DNA from: Octopus bimaculoides
Taxonomy: Eukaryota
NCBI RefSeq assembly: GCF_001194135.2
Contig: NC_068982.1
Span: 123,854,297 to 123,918,296 of the forward strand
DNA length: 64,000 nucleotides
Direction: 5' to 3'
Shown: positions 39,616 to 52,800 of the stretch, piece after piece
Layout of the letters: every line of letters starts with the position of its first letter
How positions within the stretch are numbered: the stretch's first letter is position 1
Program-made: the position numbers and the translations under genes
Notes under the pieces: model-generated
What the model was told of the DNA's origin: nothing
Database searches by the model: none
What the model saw: the letters and a program-made list of their open reading frames with translations, nothing else

Positions 39616-42600
39616 TATCGAAAAATACCTTAGGAATCATAATCCAGGTTCGAAATTTCCCCAAGACACCTGATGAAGGCTGGAGGGTATATCAGCCAAA
39701 ACGTTGTGTTGACAACAAACAAGACGAGGACAAATATCCGTCAATTGTAAATAATGTATTTATGGTGCATTTTAGAAAAACAAATGAGTCGATATCCTCC
39801 ACCATTATCACTACAAGAACTGGAGACTATTTTAGGTGAAGAATGGACAAAATTCCTTTGGAAACAATTCAGACTTTGTATAAGTCATACCTTGGAGAAT
39901 TCAAGCTGTAATTACTGCCAAATGTGGTCCTACCCCATATTAAAATAAATTTGTTTGAAATTTTAAGGTGTTTCCATTATTTTGTCCAACTCCTGTATAT
40001 ATTTATATATGACGGGCTTCATTCAGTTCCTGTTTACCAAATGCATTCACGAGGCTTTAATCAGCTCAAGGCTATAGTAGAAGGCACTCTTTAAAGTATT
40101 GAGTTGAATTTCATGTAGCCACCTGCTAGCAACTTTTCTCCACCACCCACTTTGTAGGGAGTATTACCCATTTTTCTGGGCTCTTGTCACAGCTACACAC
40201 CATTCGAAATTTGCATTAGTTTTTGTATGAAATAAATCAAAAAGGAAGGGAGTGGGGCATGTTTGTAGTTTGTAGAGAAAATGTTCAACATGCCTGGGAA
40301 AAAAAATGGTCTTTCCCGCCAACTAAAAGACACAAAGAACTATCAAAGAAGGCGAATAAGTACTGGTGGAAGGGGGGGGGGAAAGAAGAGAGAATTAACA
40401 CTCGATCCTTCTAGAACTCCCAGAATGAAAACATAAACACCTGAAAGACTTTCCCTCTCTTCATTACTAAATATTTTTCCCTCTTTTTCATTGTTAAAAG
40501 TAAAGAAGCTAGAAAAGATCAATTGTATTTCAGTCTAATTGTTATTTTAAATGACTGAGGCTTTTCTTTCTCTGTCTCTATCACTTCACTCCTTTTCTCT
40601 ATGGTTAAGGGACTGAAGGTGCATAGCTCAGTAGTTAGAGGTATTCGGCCCACGATCGTAAAGTCATGAGTACAATTCCCAGTGGTGTGCTGTGTTCTTG
40701 AGCAAAAGTGAATTATTCAAACCCCAAAGAATTCCTCTCAACACATGGCTATCATGCTCCCCCACTACTTCTGCTCATGATCAGAGATGCACATATCATC
40801 AGCCACCAAAGGACATGCTCAACTGGTTAAGGTCAAACATCTGACAAGCAAATCCGTGCTATTGTGCAGAATATTTGCTGTATCCCATCTTTTATACCAA
40901 GACAAAACAATGGAAGTGTTATCTTAATTGATAACACTTTCAATCAATTAAGATCAGAAGCCATGAGAGTCACTGCCTGGTACTGCATCCGAGCATTTAT
41001 TATTATTATGATTATTATCATTGTTGTTATTATTGTTATTATTATTATTACTACTACTACTAAGGCAGTGAGCTGGCAGAATCATTAGCACACTGGATGA
41101 AATGCTTAGCAGTATTTTGTTCATCGCTACATTCTCAGTTCAAATTCCACCAAGGTCAACTTTGCTTTTCATCTTTTTGGAGTCGATAAATTAAGTGCCA
41201 GTGAAACACTGGGGTCAATGTAATCAACTAGTTCCATTCCCACAAATTTCAGGCCTTGTATCTATAGCAGAAAGTATTATTATTATTATTATTATTACTA
41301 TTTTTAAGAAGGTGGATAGCTAACAGAATCATTAGCATGCCAGGCAAAATGATGAATGAGCAACAGTATAGAGGTTACCTCATTAGCTCATCAATGTTAC
41401 AGCCAATGTTTTGTCTAATTTAAAGGAACCAATTAAATCAACCATTGTCTGTTCTTTGAAAAATGAAGAAGGAAATAAAAGCAGCTGGAACCTGTTGATG
41501 GTGTTACTGTTGTTGTTCAACCGAAAGTTAGCTCTAAATGAGCAGACCTGTAATGAAAGACATTCCATCCATGAACATCCTTTTCTTTTAGAAGTTATCT
41601 AGGACTAAATTATTTAATATGTTCTTTCCTGGTGGTAGGAAGTGATTTAAAGGAGATTTTATTGATATTTTTAGCAGGTCAAGCAGCTACACAGGTGCTT
41701 TCATTGGCAATGTTGAGCTGAGATTTTTAAGTTGTCTTCATTTGGATTTCCTGTGTTCTTATCTAATTACAAATTCTTACTCAAATTTCTATTGAATAAT
41801 AATAACATTTTTTCCAATTGCTTTTTTTCAGAACCACCACGAGTCCTCAGACCTGATGTTGAGAAATTAAATACAGTTATAGGTGAAAGAGTGGAGCTTA
41901 GGTGTGAAGTTATAGGTGCACCTCTTCCTGAAGTGGAATGGAGGAAAGATGGTCAGTTAAAGAGTACATATGACAAAACACATATGGCAATAACACCAAA
42001 TAATACTCTAAAAATCCATTCAGTTCGACTAGAAGATGCTGGCACGTATACATGCACTGCTGAAAACCCCGCAGGAAGGGCTTCAAAACGTTTTGTCTTG
42101 GAAATATTCAGTAAGTTATTTGTTCAATTATTGTATTTACACACACACACACACACACAATATTGTTATTATCATTGATGTAGTAATTATAGTTGAGGCA
42201 TAACTCATCAGAAGAGAAGAAGCAGCATCCACAAAAAAGCAGTGCTAAAGAAATAAAATATACCAAACACACTCTGAGAAATAGTTGCCCATAAAGTTTT
42301 AGTCTTGAGGAACAAATGAATGTAGATTTTTAATATTTATAGACTAATTTTCAGGTTATAGAAAATCCATTAAGTAGAAATTATACTGAAAGGTGGTTAT
42401 GTATTAAAAAAAATATCTTTATATTGCAAATTGTATATTGGCACCATCATGGCTGTGTGGTAAGATGTTTGTTTCCCAACCACATGGTCTGGGTTCAGTC
42501 CCACTGTGTGGAAACTTGGGTGTCTTCTACTACAGCCTTGAGCCAGCCAAAGCTTTACAAGTGGATTTGATAGACAGAAACTGAAAGAAGCATGTTGTAT

Positions 42601-45600
42601 ATATATATATATATATATATATACGTGTGTGTGTGTGTGTGTGTGTGTGTCTTTGTGCCTGTATTTGTCCTCCATCACTGCTCAACAACCAGTGTTGGTT
42701 CGTTTAAAGCCTGTAACTTTGCAGTTTGGTAAAAGAGATTGATAGAAAAAGTATCAGGCTTAAAATACTGAGGTCGATCTGGTTGATGAAAAATTCTTCA
42801 AGGTGGTGCTCCAGTATGGCTGCAGTCTAATGACTTAGAGAAGTAAAAGATAAAAGATATGTATGAACGTACATATGTATGCATGAGCTCAAAACATAAA
42901 GAGCCATAACAAAATACCACAAGGTATTTTGTCAATGCTCTAATGATTCTGCCAATCAAATGATGTCAATGCTCTAATGATCCTGCCAATCAAATAATAA
43001 TGTGTAACTGTTTTATATATTATATTTACATGCAGCAACACAAAAATGCCTGTGCAGTGTCACATAAAAGTTTCCATGCAGCACCATATAAAGTGCTTGT
43101 GCAGTGCCAGGGTCTGTAAGGTGGTTGGCATCAGGAAGGGCATCCAGCCGTAGAAACCATGCCAAATCAGACTGGAGCCTGGTGCAGCTCCTCAGCTTAC
43201 CAGCCCTGGTCACACCGTCCAACCCATGCCAGCATGGAAAACAGATGTTAAATGATGACGACGACGACGGTGACAATTTATTTATATGTAAAACAACCAG
43301 TATGGTGCTAACAGCATGACAAATACATGAAATACATTCTAAGAAGTGATTGATAGTAGAAGAGGTGTTAAGAAAATATTGCTACAAATGAAGAACGGGT
43401 GACATATGGGGTCTGCAAGCCACATCACAGGTGTGTCTTAGAAGGAGAGTAACTCCAAATAAGGACTCATATAAATAACAGTGGACTGTATATTTCTCCT
43501 TGCATGGGACACCCTCCCTTGCATCAGTGGCAAGATGAAATGTATCCATTTACCTCTGTAAAGTGACTGGTGACAGGAAAGGCATTCAGAAAAGATGCTG
43601 AAATAAACTGTATGAATGAGTTGCAAACTCTGCAAACCATAAAACACTCTCAGCACTGTAACTTCAAATAAGAACTGATAAACAGTTGAAGGGATTTTTA
43701 GTCCTCCCATATAACAGAATCTCTCTAGTGCCAAAAGCATGATAAAATGTATGCAATTTACACTTGGTCATTTTCTTTGTTGCTCTATATGTACAGGATG
43801 ACAACCCTTCCAATTCATGCCAACATGGAAGACAAACACAAAATAATGGGGATTCTCGGTAAACAATCAGTGAAAGCTTGATTGTTTACAGTTTACCAAG
43901 CCCTACTGACATGCAAATGACAGTTAGCACTTAGTGAAAGTGCATGGCTTAGTGGTTAGGGTATTTGGCTCACAATCATAAGGTATTGGGTTCAATTCCC
44001 AGCGACACATTATGTCCTTGAGCAAGACACTTTTTATTTCACATTGCTCCAGTTCACTCAGCTGGCAAAAATGAGGTCTATTTGTATTTCGAAGGGTCAG
44101 CCTTGTGACATTCTGCATCATGCTGGATCTCTCTGAGAACTACATTAAGGGTACACATGTCTGTGGAGTGCTCAGCCACTTACACGTTAATTTCACAAGT
44201 TCCGTTAATTGGATCAACTGAAACCCTCATCAACATAACTGACAGAGTGTACTGCACTTATAAATACAATATCAAAAAGCAAGCTCTCACCTTTAGATTT
44301 AAGTATTGAGTTCTCCCAACTTTTTAAGTTTTGAGTTCTACGTATTGAGTTTAGGTATTGAGTTTTAAGTATTAAGATTTAAATATTGAGTTCTCCAAGT
44401 ATTGAGTTCTCACAACTTTTGTTTGCTGAGAATCTTCCAATCAAAGCATATACTTTCAAGAAATTAAGTTTCTTTTGGAATTAAACTTTCTGTGATTAAA
44501 CTATTTTTGTAAAAAGCTTTCGCTCTGTTGTAATTAAGATAATCACCATTTAACATCTATTTTCTATGCTGGTATGGATCGGATGGTTTGACATGATCCA
44601 GCAAGCCATATGGCTGCATTGAGTTCGAATTCTAGTTTTGGCATGGTTTCTATGGTAAGATGGCCTTCCTCAACCAACCACTTTATTGAGTGTACTGGGT
44701 GCTTTTTTTTTTTTTTTGTGCTGCTGGCGCTAGTAACTTGCAAGGTAAAGAAAGACAAGAACAAAATGAAGGAGAAAGGAGGAAAAGAAAAAGAAGAAAA
44801 TGCCTTATCAACTAAATGGAAGGGAGGTGTTAGTATTTGAGAGGGGGAGGAGGAGGTGAGAGTTCTGTGCTGTGTGTTGAAAGGCTAGAGTGTGATGGAA
44901 GAATAAGCCCAGGTGCCTTGCAATTGGGATACAAGGCTACCTCATGTTATATAAGGGTGGATGGGGGTAGCTGGAAAGATGACAGATGTGGTAATGGGAT
45001 GCTGGAGCATCTCAAAATACAAGGTGTGTGTAAGAGAGGATGCAGGCAGTGGATTGCAGAAGATGGGGGTGACAGAAGGGTAAGTTTCATTAGAGTGAGA
45101 TGTGAGATGGTTAAAGATGGGGGTAGAGGGGAATGTAATGAGTGATGGTGAGAGATGTAAGAGTGTCTTGGTGGGGATGGTTATAGTAAGCAGAGCATGA
45201 TGATAGATATGAGAAGACATTGAGAGTGACATCAGATAAGAAAGGTGTGTTAAAAATGGAGTCTCACTATAATTACAGAATTTATCATACAGCAATAGCG
45301 GCCTAATTACTTCATTAACAAACAAATCCTTATATTCTCAAAAGAAAAGAAAAGAAAGGCAAAATGGCAGAATTGTTAGTGTATTGGGCAGCATTTCATT
45401 TGGCTTTACATTCCGTTAAGTGCCACACCCTAACAGTTGAGGGAACCCGTGGAAGAGGTAGGCCCAGGAAGACCTGGGCTGAGGTGGTGAGGCAAGACCT
45501 TCGTACATTGGGCCTCACCGAAGCGATGACTACGGACCGAGACCTTTGGAAATGGGCTGTGCGTGAGAAGACCCGGCAAGCCAAGTAAGATCGTTGCCAG

Positions 45601-46854
45601 TGCCCCTGGACTGGTTCTTGTGCGGGTGGCACATGAGATGCACCATTTTGAGCGTGGCCGTTGCCAGTACCGCCTGACTGGCTCCTGTAGGATTTTCGAG
45701 CGAGATCGTTGCCAGTGCCCCTGGACTGGCTTGTGCGGGTGGCACATAAAAGACACCATTTCGAGCGTGGCCGTTTTCGTGCGGGTGACACGTAAAAGCA
45801 CCCACTACACTCTCTGAGTGGTTGGCGTTAGGAAGGGCATCCAGCTGTAGAAACTCTGCCAAATCAGACTGGAGCCTGGTGTTGCCATCCGGTTTCACCA
45901 GTCCTCAGTCAAATCGTCCAACCCATGCTAGCATGGAAAGCGGACGTTAAACGATGATGATGATGATGATGATGATGATTCCGAGTTCAAATTCTGAAGT
46001 TGACTTTACCTTTCATCCTTTCAGGGTCGATAAACTAAGTACCAGGTGAGCACTGGGGTCAATGTAATTGACTTAGCCCCTCCCCCAAACTTGCTGACAT
46101 TGTGCAAAAATTTGAAATCTTTTTTCTCAAAAAAAAAAAATAAAAAATAATAATAATATTTGTAAACATCATTGACAAGGATGCTAACAATTAAGAAAAT
46201 AAATGCAACATCTTGACTATAACATTATTATAACATGTGAAATTTTTTATTTTATTTTAGCTCCACCAAAATTGCCTAAGAATCTTCCAGAATCCAATGA
46301 AGCTATTTTTGGAAATCCTATCCTTTTGCCCTGCCCTGCTTCAGGCAAACCTAAGCCTGCTATTACTTGGTTTAAGAATGGTGCAAAAATAAACCCAAGA
46401 GAGGCAGGAGTTGATATTCTGGAAGATGGTTCATTGGAATTTGTAAGTGCTGAAACTAAACATAATGGTGTTTATAAATGTATTGCATCAAATACTGCAG
46501 GAGATGACTCTTATCATACTTCAATAAGAGTATTACGTAAGTATTTTCATTTGATTTGCCATTACTTGGGAGTATGTATGTATAGATGCCAGCAAAGGCT
46601 ACATGATGCCTAATTGCAAATAAACATAGTCTTTCAAAACATGTAGCCATTAGGGTATATTGCTTATATCTTTTGTTTTCTGTGGTAATATATGTGGAGA
46701 TCCGATTCAGAGTAGATTTACTAATATCTTAACATAGGTGAAACCACCTGCTTACTCTGAGGATAAGGTTCACCAGTGAAATATATGAAATCCTCATCCT
46801 TTAGGATGCCCATTAGATTTCTGAGACTTCTTTTAGGGAAACCTGGAATGTCCA

Positions 46855-46894
<40 letters not shown>

Positions 46895-49800
46895 CAGCCA
46901 GCCAGCTCTTTCTTTCTTCCCCTCTTTCTTTTTTCTCTCCTTCCTTCCTTCTTCCTCTCTTTCTTTCTCTCCCTCGTCTTTCCTTCCTTCCTTTCTCTCC
47001 TTCCCTCCTTCCTTTTTTCTTTCTTTCTATGAAATGTATTATGTGTTTTCATTACATTTTTCTTTAAATTAATAATTCATCTACCACTTCCATATTTCAT
47101 CGTTCTAAACTTAACGAAATATTTCTATTTAGTACTAACACCTCAAATAGATTTATAATGCTTATTTATATATTTTACAGTACCACCAACTTTAGACAGT
47201 ATGGCATTTGAAGGATCTGGTGATATAAACGAAGATAATCCAAAGGTGATAATCAATAATAACATCACTTTACAATGCCCAGTTAATGCAGACCCTCCAC
47301 CTTTGGTCTCATGGCTAAAAAATGGAGAAAATTTACCTTCAGAAGATATTGGAAGAAGAATTTTCTTATCTAACGATAAAGAGCAACTAACGATTACATT
47401 TGCGAAACTTAATGACAGTGCCAGATACAAATGTTTAGCAGTGAATATAGCAGGAGAGCTTGAAAAGTTATATGACCTTGAAGTTCATGGTAAAAATCTA
47501 ACATATTGCCTAATCCTTTTGTTTTATAGGCTTATTCAGTTGTTTATTTAATGCATTCTTATGTTTAAATGTAGACATTATAACTGTTATATATATTTTA
47601 TATTCTCATAGTTTTTATCTAACTGTTAAATTCTATCAAATATTTTGTTTACACCAATTATTGCATCAGAAACTTGGCAAGAAATAATCATAAAAACCAT
47701 GCCAAATAGACCCAGAAGTATGGTGCAGTCTTCTGCTTGGTCAGCTTCTGTCCAATCTATGCCAGTATGGAAGAAGGATGTCAAACAATGACGATGATGA
47801 TGACGCAACTGACTTCTTTCAGTTTCCATCTATCAATTCTTCTCACAAGGTTTTGATCAATCCAGAGCTAAAGGAGATGCCACTTGCTCAAGGTGCCATG
47901 CAGTGGGACTGAACCTAAAACCATGTGATAACCACATAGCCACATTCAAACATTGAAACCTATACATTCAAACATTTAAGTTACAAAATATGATTTAATT
48001 TGATTTGTAAAAAAACATATTTAATCATTTATGATAGGTTAACATGAAATTAAGACCTTTAACAAATTTCTTGCATGAATATAAAAAATTTCAAAATATA
48101 ATATTTACTAAATTGAAATTGAAATCTGAACTTTTAAGTTAAGAATGATATAAGGTCTCAAATTGTAAACTGAAAAAATTTCCACTGTATTCGAAAGCCA
48201 TTCTATTGATAAATATTTATGAAACATTCAGAGGCATTTATCAGAATCTTTCCTTTTCATTTCTGTGTGTCTGTTATTCATGGTTTGTTATTGTACTTCT
48301 AAAATAATTTCAAATTCATTTAATATCATTTGATAATAACCTATTTAATAATTGTTTCAAATTTCTGGGTAGTTGATTGCACCAACCCCAGTATTCAGCT
48401 GGTACTTATTCTATTGACCTCAAAATAATGAAAGACAAAAATGAACCTCAGCAGTATATAAACTCACAACTTAAAACTAGAAGAAATTCCACTAAGCATT
48501 TTCCCCAATGTGCCAACCATTCTGCCAGCTTGCTACCTTTATAACCTATTTAATAATATAAATTCAGTTCTATATTTAAGAGATGAGGAATTATGTACAT
48601 TATTTACATTCAACGGATATTTGTCCTCATCTTGTTTGTTGTTAACACATTTCGGCTGATATACCCTCCAGCCTTCTTCAGGTGTCTTGGGGAAATGAGA
48701 ACCCAGGTTCTCATTTCTCCAAGACACAAAATGTGTTAACAACAAACAAGATGAGGACAAATATCCGTTGAATGTAAATAATGTAAATAATGAATATAAA
48801 TTCAATTTGAAATTTTTTAAAAAACTTCAGATGCAACTTGAGGACTGAAATGCAACTGAATGCTTCATATATTGAAGTATATCTGTAAAATGTGAAATCA
48901 TATGACCTTGTATTTAGAAGTATTTGGCTCATGATTATAAGGTTGTGGGTTCAATTCCTGAACCATGTGGTACATTATGTCCTTGATAAAGGCACTTCTT
49001 TTCACATTGCACTAGTTTACTGAGCTGTAAAGAGTACCAGACAGGTATTAGTATTGCCCTCTTTTACTCCAGCCATCACATCTTGAGTATTCCACTAGGA
49101 AGCTGAGAAAGTATCAATGTCTGCTCATGAATACATAGGCAATTAACAATTGCATAATACATGATACTGAGCCATACTTGCAAATGAAGGCTAGATGTAC
49201 TTTTTGTCTTTAGAATAAAGCCTCTTAGTAGTCATTTCAGTTATATCTAAAGTAAAATACTTGGAAATTTATTTGAACATACATTTTATTTTTCCAGTGC
49301 CACCACAAATTAATTTGCAATCAGCCTCTGATGAAGACCTCAGTGTTATTGTGGAGTCTACCATATTTATTGACTGCCCTGTTATGGGAATACCTCTTCC
49401 CACAGTTAAATGGTATAAAGATGGTAAAACTATTGACTTTGATGACCAAACACATTTGATGCTTTTTGCTGGAGGAAGGCGTCTTCAAATTTCCAATACC
49501 ACCCTAGAAGACAAAGGTCAATACCGATGTGTGGCTACAAATGAAGCCGGCAAAATGAAAAGGCTTTACAATGTAAATATTAATGGTAAGTTTCATGTTT
49601 ATTTCTTATTTTTAATGTTTCTTTTTTCCTTAAAGATATTTTGTTTCCTTATTTCCTGTTAGCTTTATTTATTTTTTGACTTTAAGTAAACATCAGCTTA
49701 TATATTACTTCCTCAGGGAAGTAATATGTGAGGGAAATAATTTCAGATATATTAAAATGGCAATTAATAAGTAATTGACCAATGTTATTCATAGCAGATC

Positions 49801-52800
49801 AGCACCCACCCCTTCCACCAAAAAAAAAACAAAACAGTGATTAATATTCAGACACAACATCAAATTCAATATAAATATTTATTAGGGCAGCGAGGTGGTA
49901 GAAATGTTAGCATGCCAGGCAAAATGCTTAGCAGTATTTCGTCTGTCTTTACATTCTGAGTTTAAATTCCGCTAGGTCGACTTTGCCTTTCATCTTTTGG
50001 GGATCGATAAATTAAGTACCAATTGCATACTAGGGTCGATCTAATCGACTGGCCCCTACTTCAAAATTTCGGGCCTTGTACCTAGAGTAGAAAATAATAT
50101 AGATATTTATTTTTTATCTTTAATTGTCCAGTCAATAGAATGCAGCCAAGCTTAGGTATCATCTTCAAGAGTTTAGTCGAATAAATTGACCCCACTCTTT
50201 GTTTCCTAAGTCTGGTACTTATTCTCTTGGTTTCTTTTGCTGAACCACTAAAACAAAATGGGAAAATATTATCAGTTATTATCAGTAATACAATTGTTAG
50301 TGCCTTCTCTTTTCTTCTCAGCAAAAGAGGTGTACTTTAAATGCTTGAGAAATTAAATTTAAGATCACAGGAAATATAAAGTGTTATCATTAATATTAAT
50401 GAGTTTGTGTTCCACAGCATTGACTTATATTCAAGCAATCCTTTACAAAACTAGAAACATAATGTAGGAAACAGTTTATTTATAAATGAGATCTCTTGAA
50501 GTTAATTGAGGGTCTTTAATATCTTCTACACGTCTGTTGAGGTTACTACAGAGAAATATAAATATTAAATAAGACAGAAAATATCTGGAAGTTCTAAAGT
50601 GACAACATATGCTGTTTTATATTTCGTATGTTGATGTAATAAAATGCTCAACAGTCTCTGTTAGCACCAAAATATGAAAGACTTGCTGAAGTGTAATGTA
50701 ATATCTAAATGAAAAATAAACTGAATATATCAGGTATTTTAGATCTTATACCTTATGTCTTTGATCTTTCAACAAGAGAGGGTAAGACACTGAAATCTGA
50801 TAGAATATTTTATGAACATTAGTAATGTTATGAACATCTTTTCTGGAGTTTCTACTGAGCCTTGCTTAAAACAGCTTACTGTATCTTTTAGAACTGTGAT
50901 TTATATTGTTTGCTACTGAAAGACAACCAATTGTTACTGCTGTTGTTTAGCCCTAGGTCAGGTCTGATCAAATAGGTCTGTGACCAAAGGCACTCCAGTC
51001 ATAACTATCCCATAATCTTACATACTCACTGTTGATACAAAGTAATCACTGGTTAACACAAAATAATCACTGTTTATACTTTGGTATTAGCTGAAGCCCA
51101 AAATTCAGTTTGCTTGCTATGACACTGCAGGGCTTTATATCTATGACCCATCCATGTAATATTGTTCTAGCTAACACTAAATTGTGGAAACAGCATGGCT
51201 TAATGATTAAGAAGTTTGCTTTGAAATCATGAGGTGCCAAATTTGATTCCTCTACATTGAGAAAGTGTCTTTTGCCACTGAGTCAAACCAATTCAAGCCT
51301 TGAGAGTAAAACTGAGTAGAAGCCCATTGGATGGATTGTACTTGTAATTCAAATGCACAGCCTTGTCACACATTGTCATGTTGATTCTGTCTGAGAATTA
51401 TATTAAAGGCACATATGTCTGTGGAATACTCAGTTATTTACTAATTCGATGAGTAGATAGTTCAATTGATTGAACAACTGAATCTTCATCACTGAATCTG
51501 GTGGAGATACATTTTCAAATAACACTAAAGTTGTGAGTAGGTGGGACTTCTGGATCCTCTTGAATTTGTAGTATTTCATACTAGTCAGGTAATCTAAAAT
51601 ACTAAGGTCTTTTCAAAGTCATGAAATAAGATATTTCCACATGTAACCATCATTCATCATGTTACTACTGAAGTTATGCATGTCTAGGAAGAAAATGCCT
51701 CAAAACAAATGAAATAACTCAACTGTACTAAGATAAAACATCTTAAAGCAATCATCTCAACTATGCAGGCAAGTTGGGTGATAAATGAAAGAAAACATTA
51801 TAGCAAATAACAACTTTTACTGTAAATTCTGGCATCTAATTAAGACAATTTGATGTATTGGATATGTGCTAAAATATATGGAGATTGTCATAGAATTCTT
51901 TTCTTGTATTTACAGTTCCACCAAGAATCAAAGATTCTGAAAATGTTAAAAGGAAAGAAATTTTAATTCAAAAGTCCTTGACTCTCTTATGCCAGGCATC
52001 TGGAATTCCCCCACCCAAAATCACATGGTATAAATCAAATAAACTAATTTCCTTCACTAATTCGAACTATTCCTTCAATGAAGATCACAAAATTCTGAGG
52101 ATTAATACTGTTAATGTAACAGACAGAGCACGTTATATGTGTAATGCAAAGAATACAGTTGGAGAGAGGGAAAAAGTTTTTGATGTAGTCGTATTAAGTG
52201 AGTATATTTTATCTCTAATTCCTTGTGTGATTTAAATTTTTGATTTAAAGAAATTCAATTTTGGTTTGTAACCAAAGAAGTATTTGACTGAAATATTTGG
52301 TTTCAAGATTAAAGTTTGCATAAAAGGAGAAAATACCATTCAATGTAGACATTTTGAGCAGAGTTCATTTACATTCAGAATTCAAATCCTGCTGAAATAA
52401 ACTTTACCTATCATCTTTCTTGGGTTGATAAAATACTCGAATCCAGTACTCATGTACTAGGCTTGATCCAATTGATTATGGCCACCACCAAAATTTGTAC
52501 CCATTACTAGAAATTGATAATGATGACGACGAGAAGATGGTGGATGATGACAACAACGATGATGACTACAGTGTTGATAATAATGACAGTGATAATGATG
52601 ACAAACAGAAACCTTTTGAGAAAACAGTCTCCAGTTTTTTTGCTATTTTAAGTCCAATTTTCCAAAATTATCAGAAATGTACATATTGCCTACTTTAATG
52701 AAAATAGTTACAATTCACTCAGTATTTCTCTGAAATATCTTATAAATTGACAGATATTTTATAATTGAAATATCGAACTGGAAAAACTAAAATGTATTCT

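Noticed and set aside
42930-42997. 34-bp tandem duplication
   Set aside because: Ordinary local slippage inside a decayed SINE fragment.
45396-45898. Several minus-strand ORFs of 120-130 aa
   Set aside because: Antisense reads of the GC-rich RTE 3' UTR repeats.
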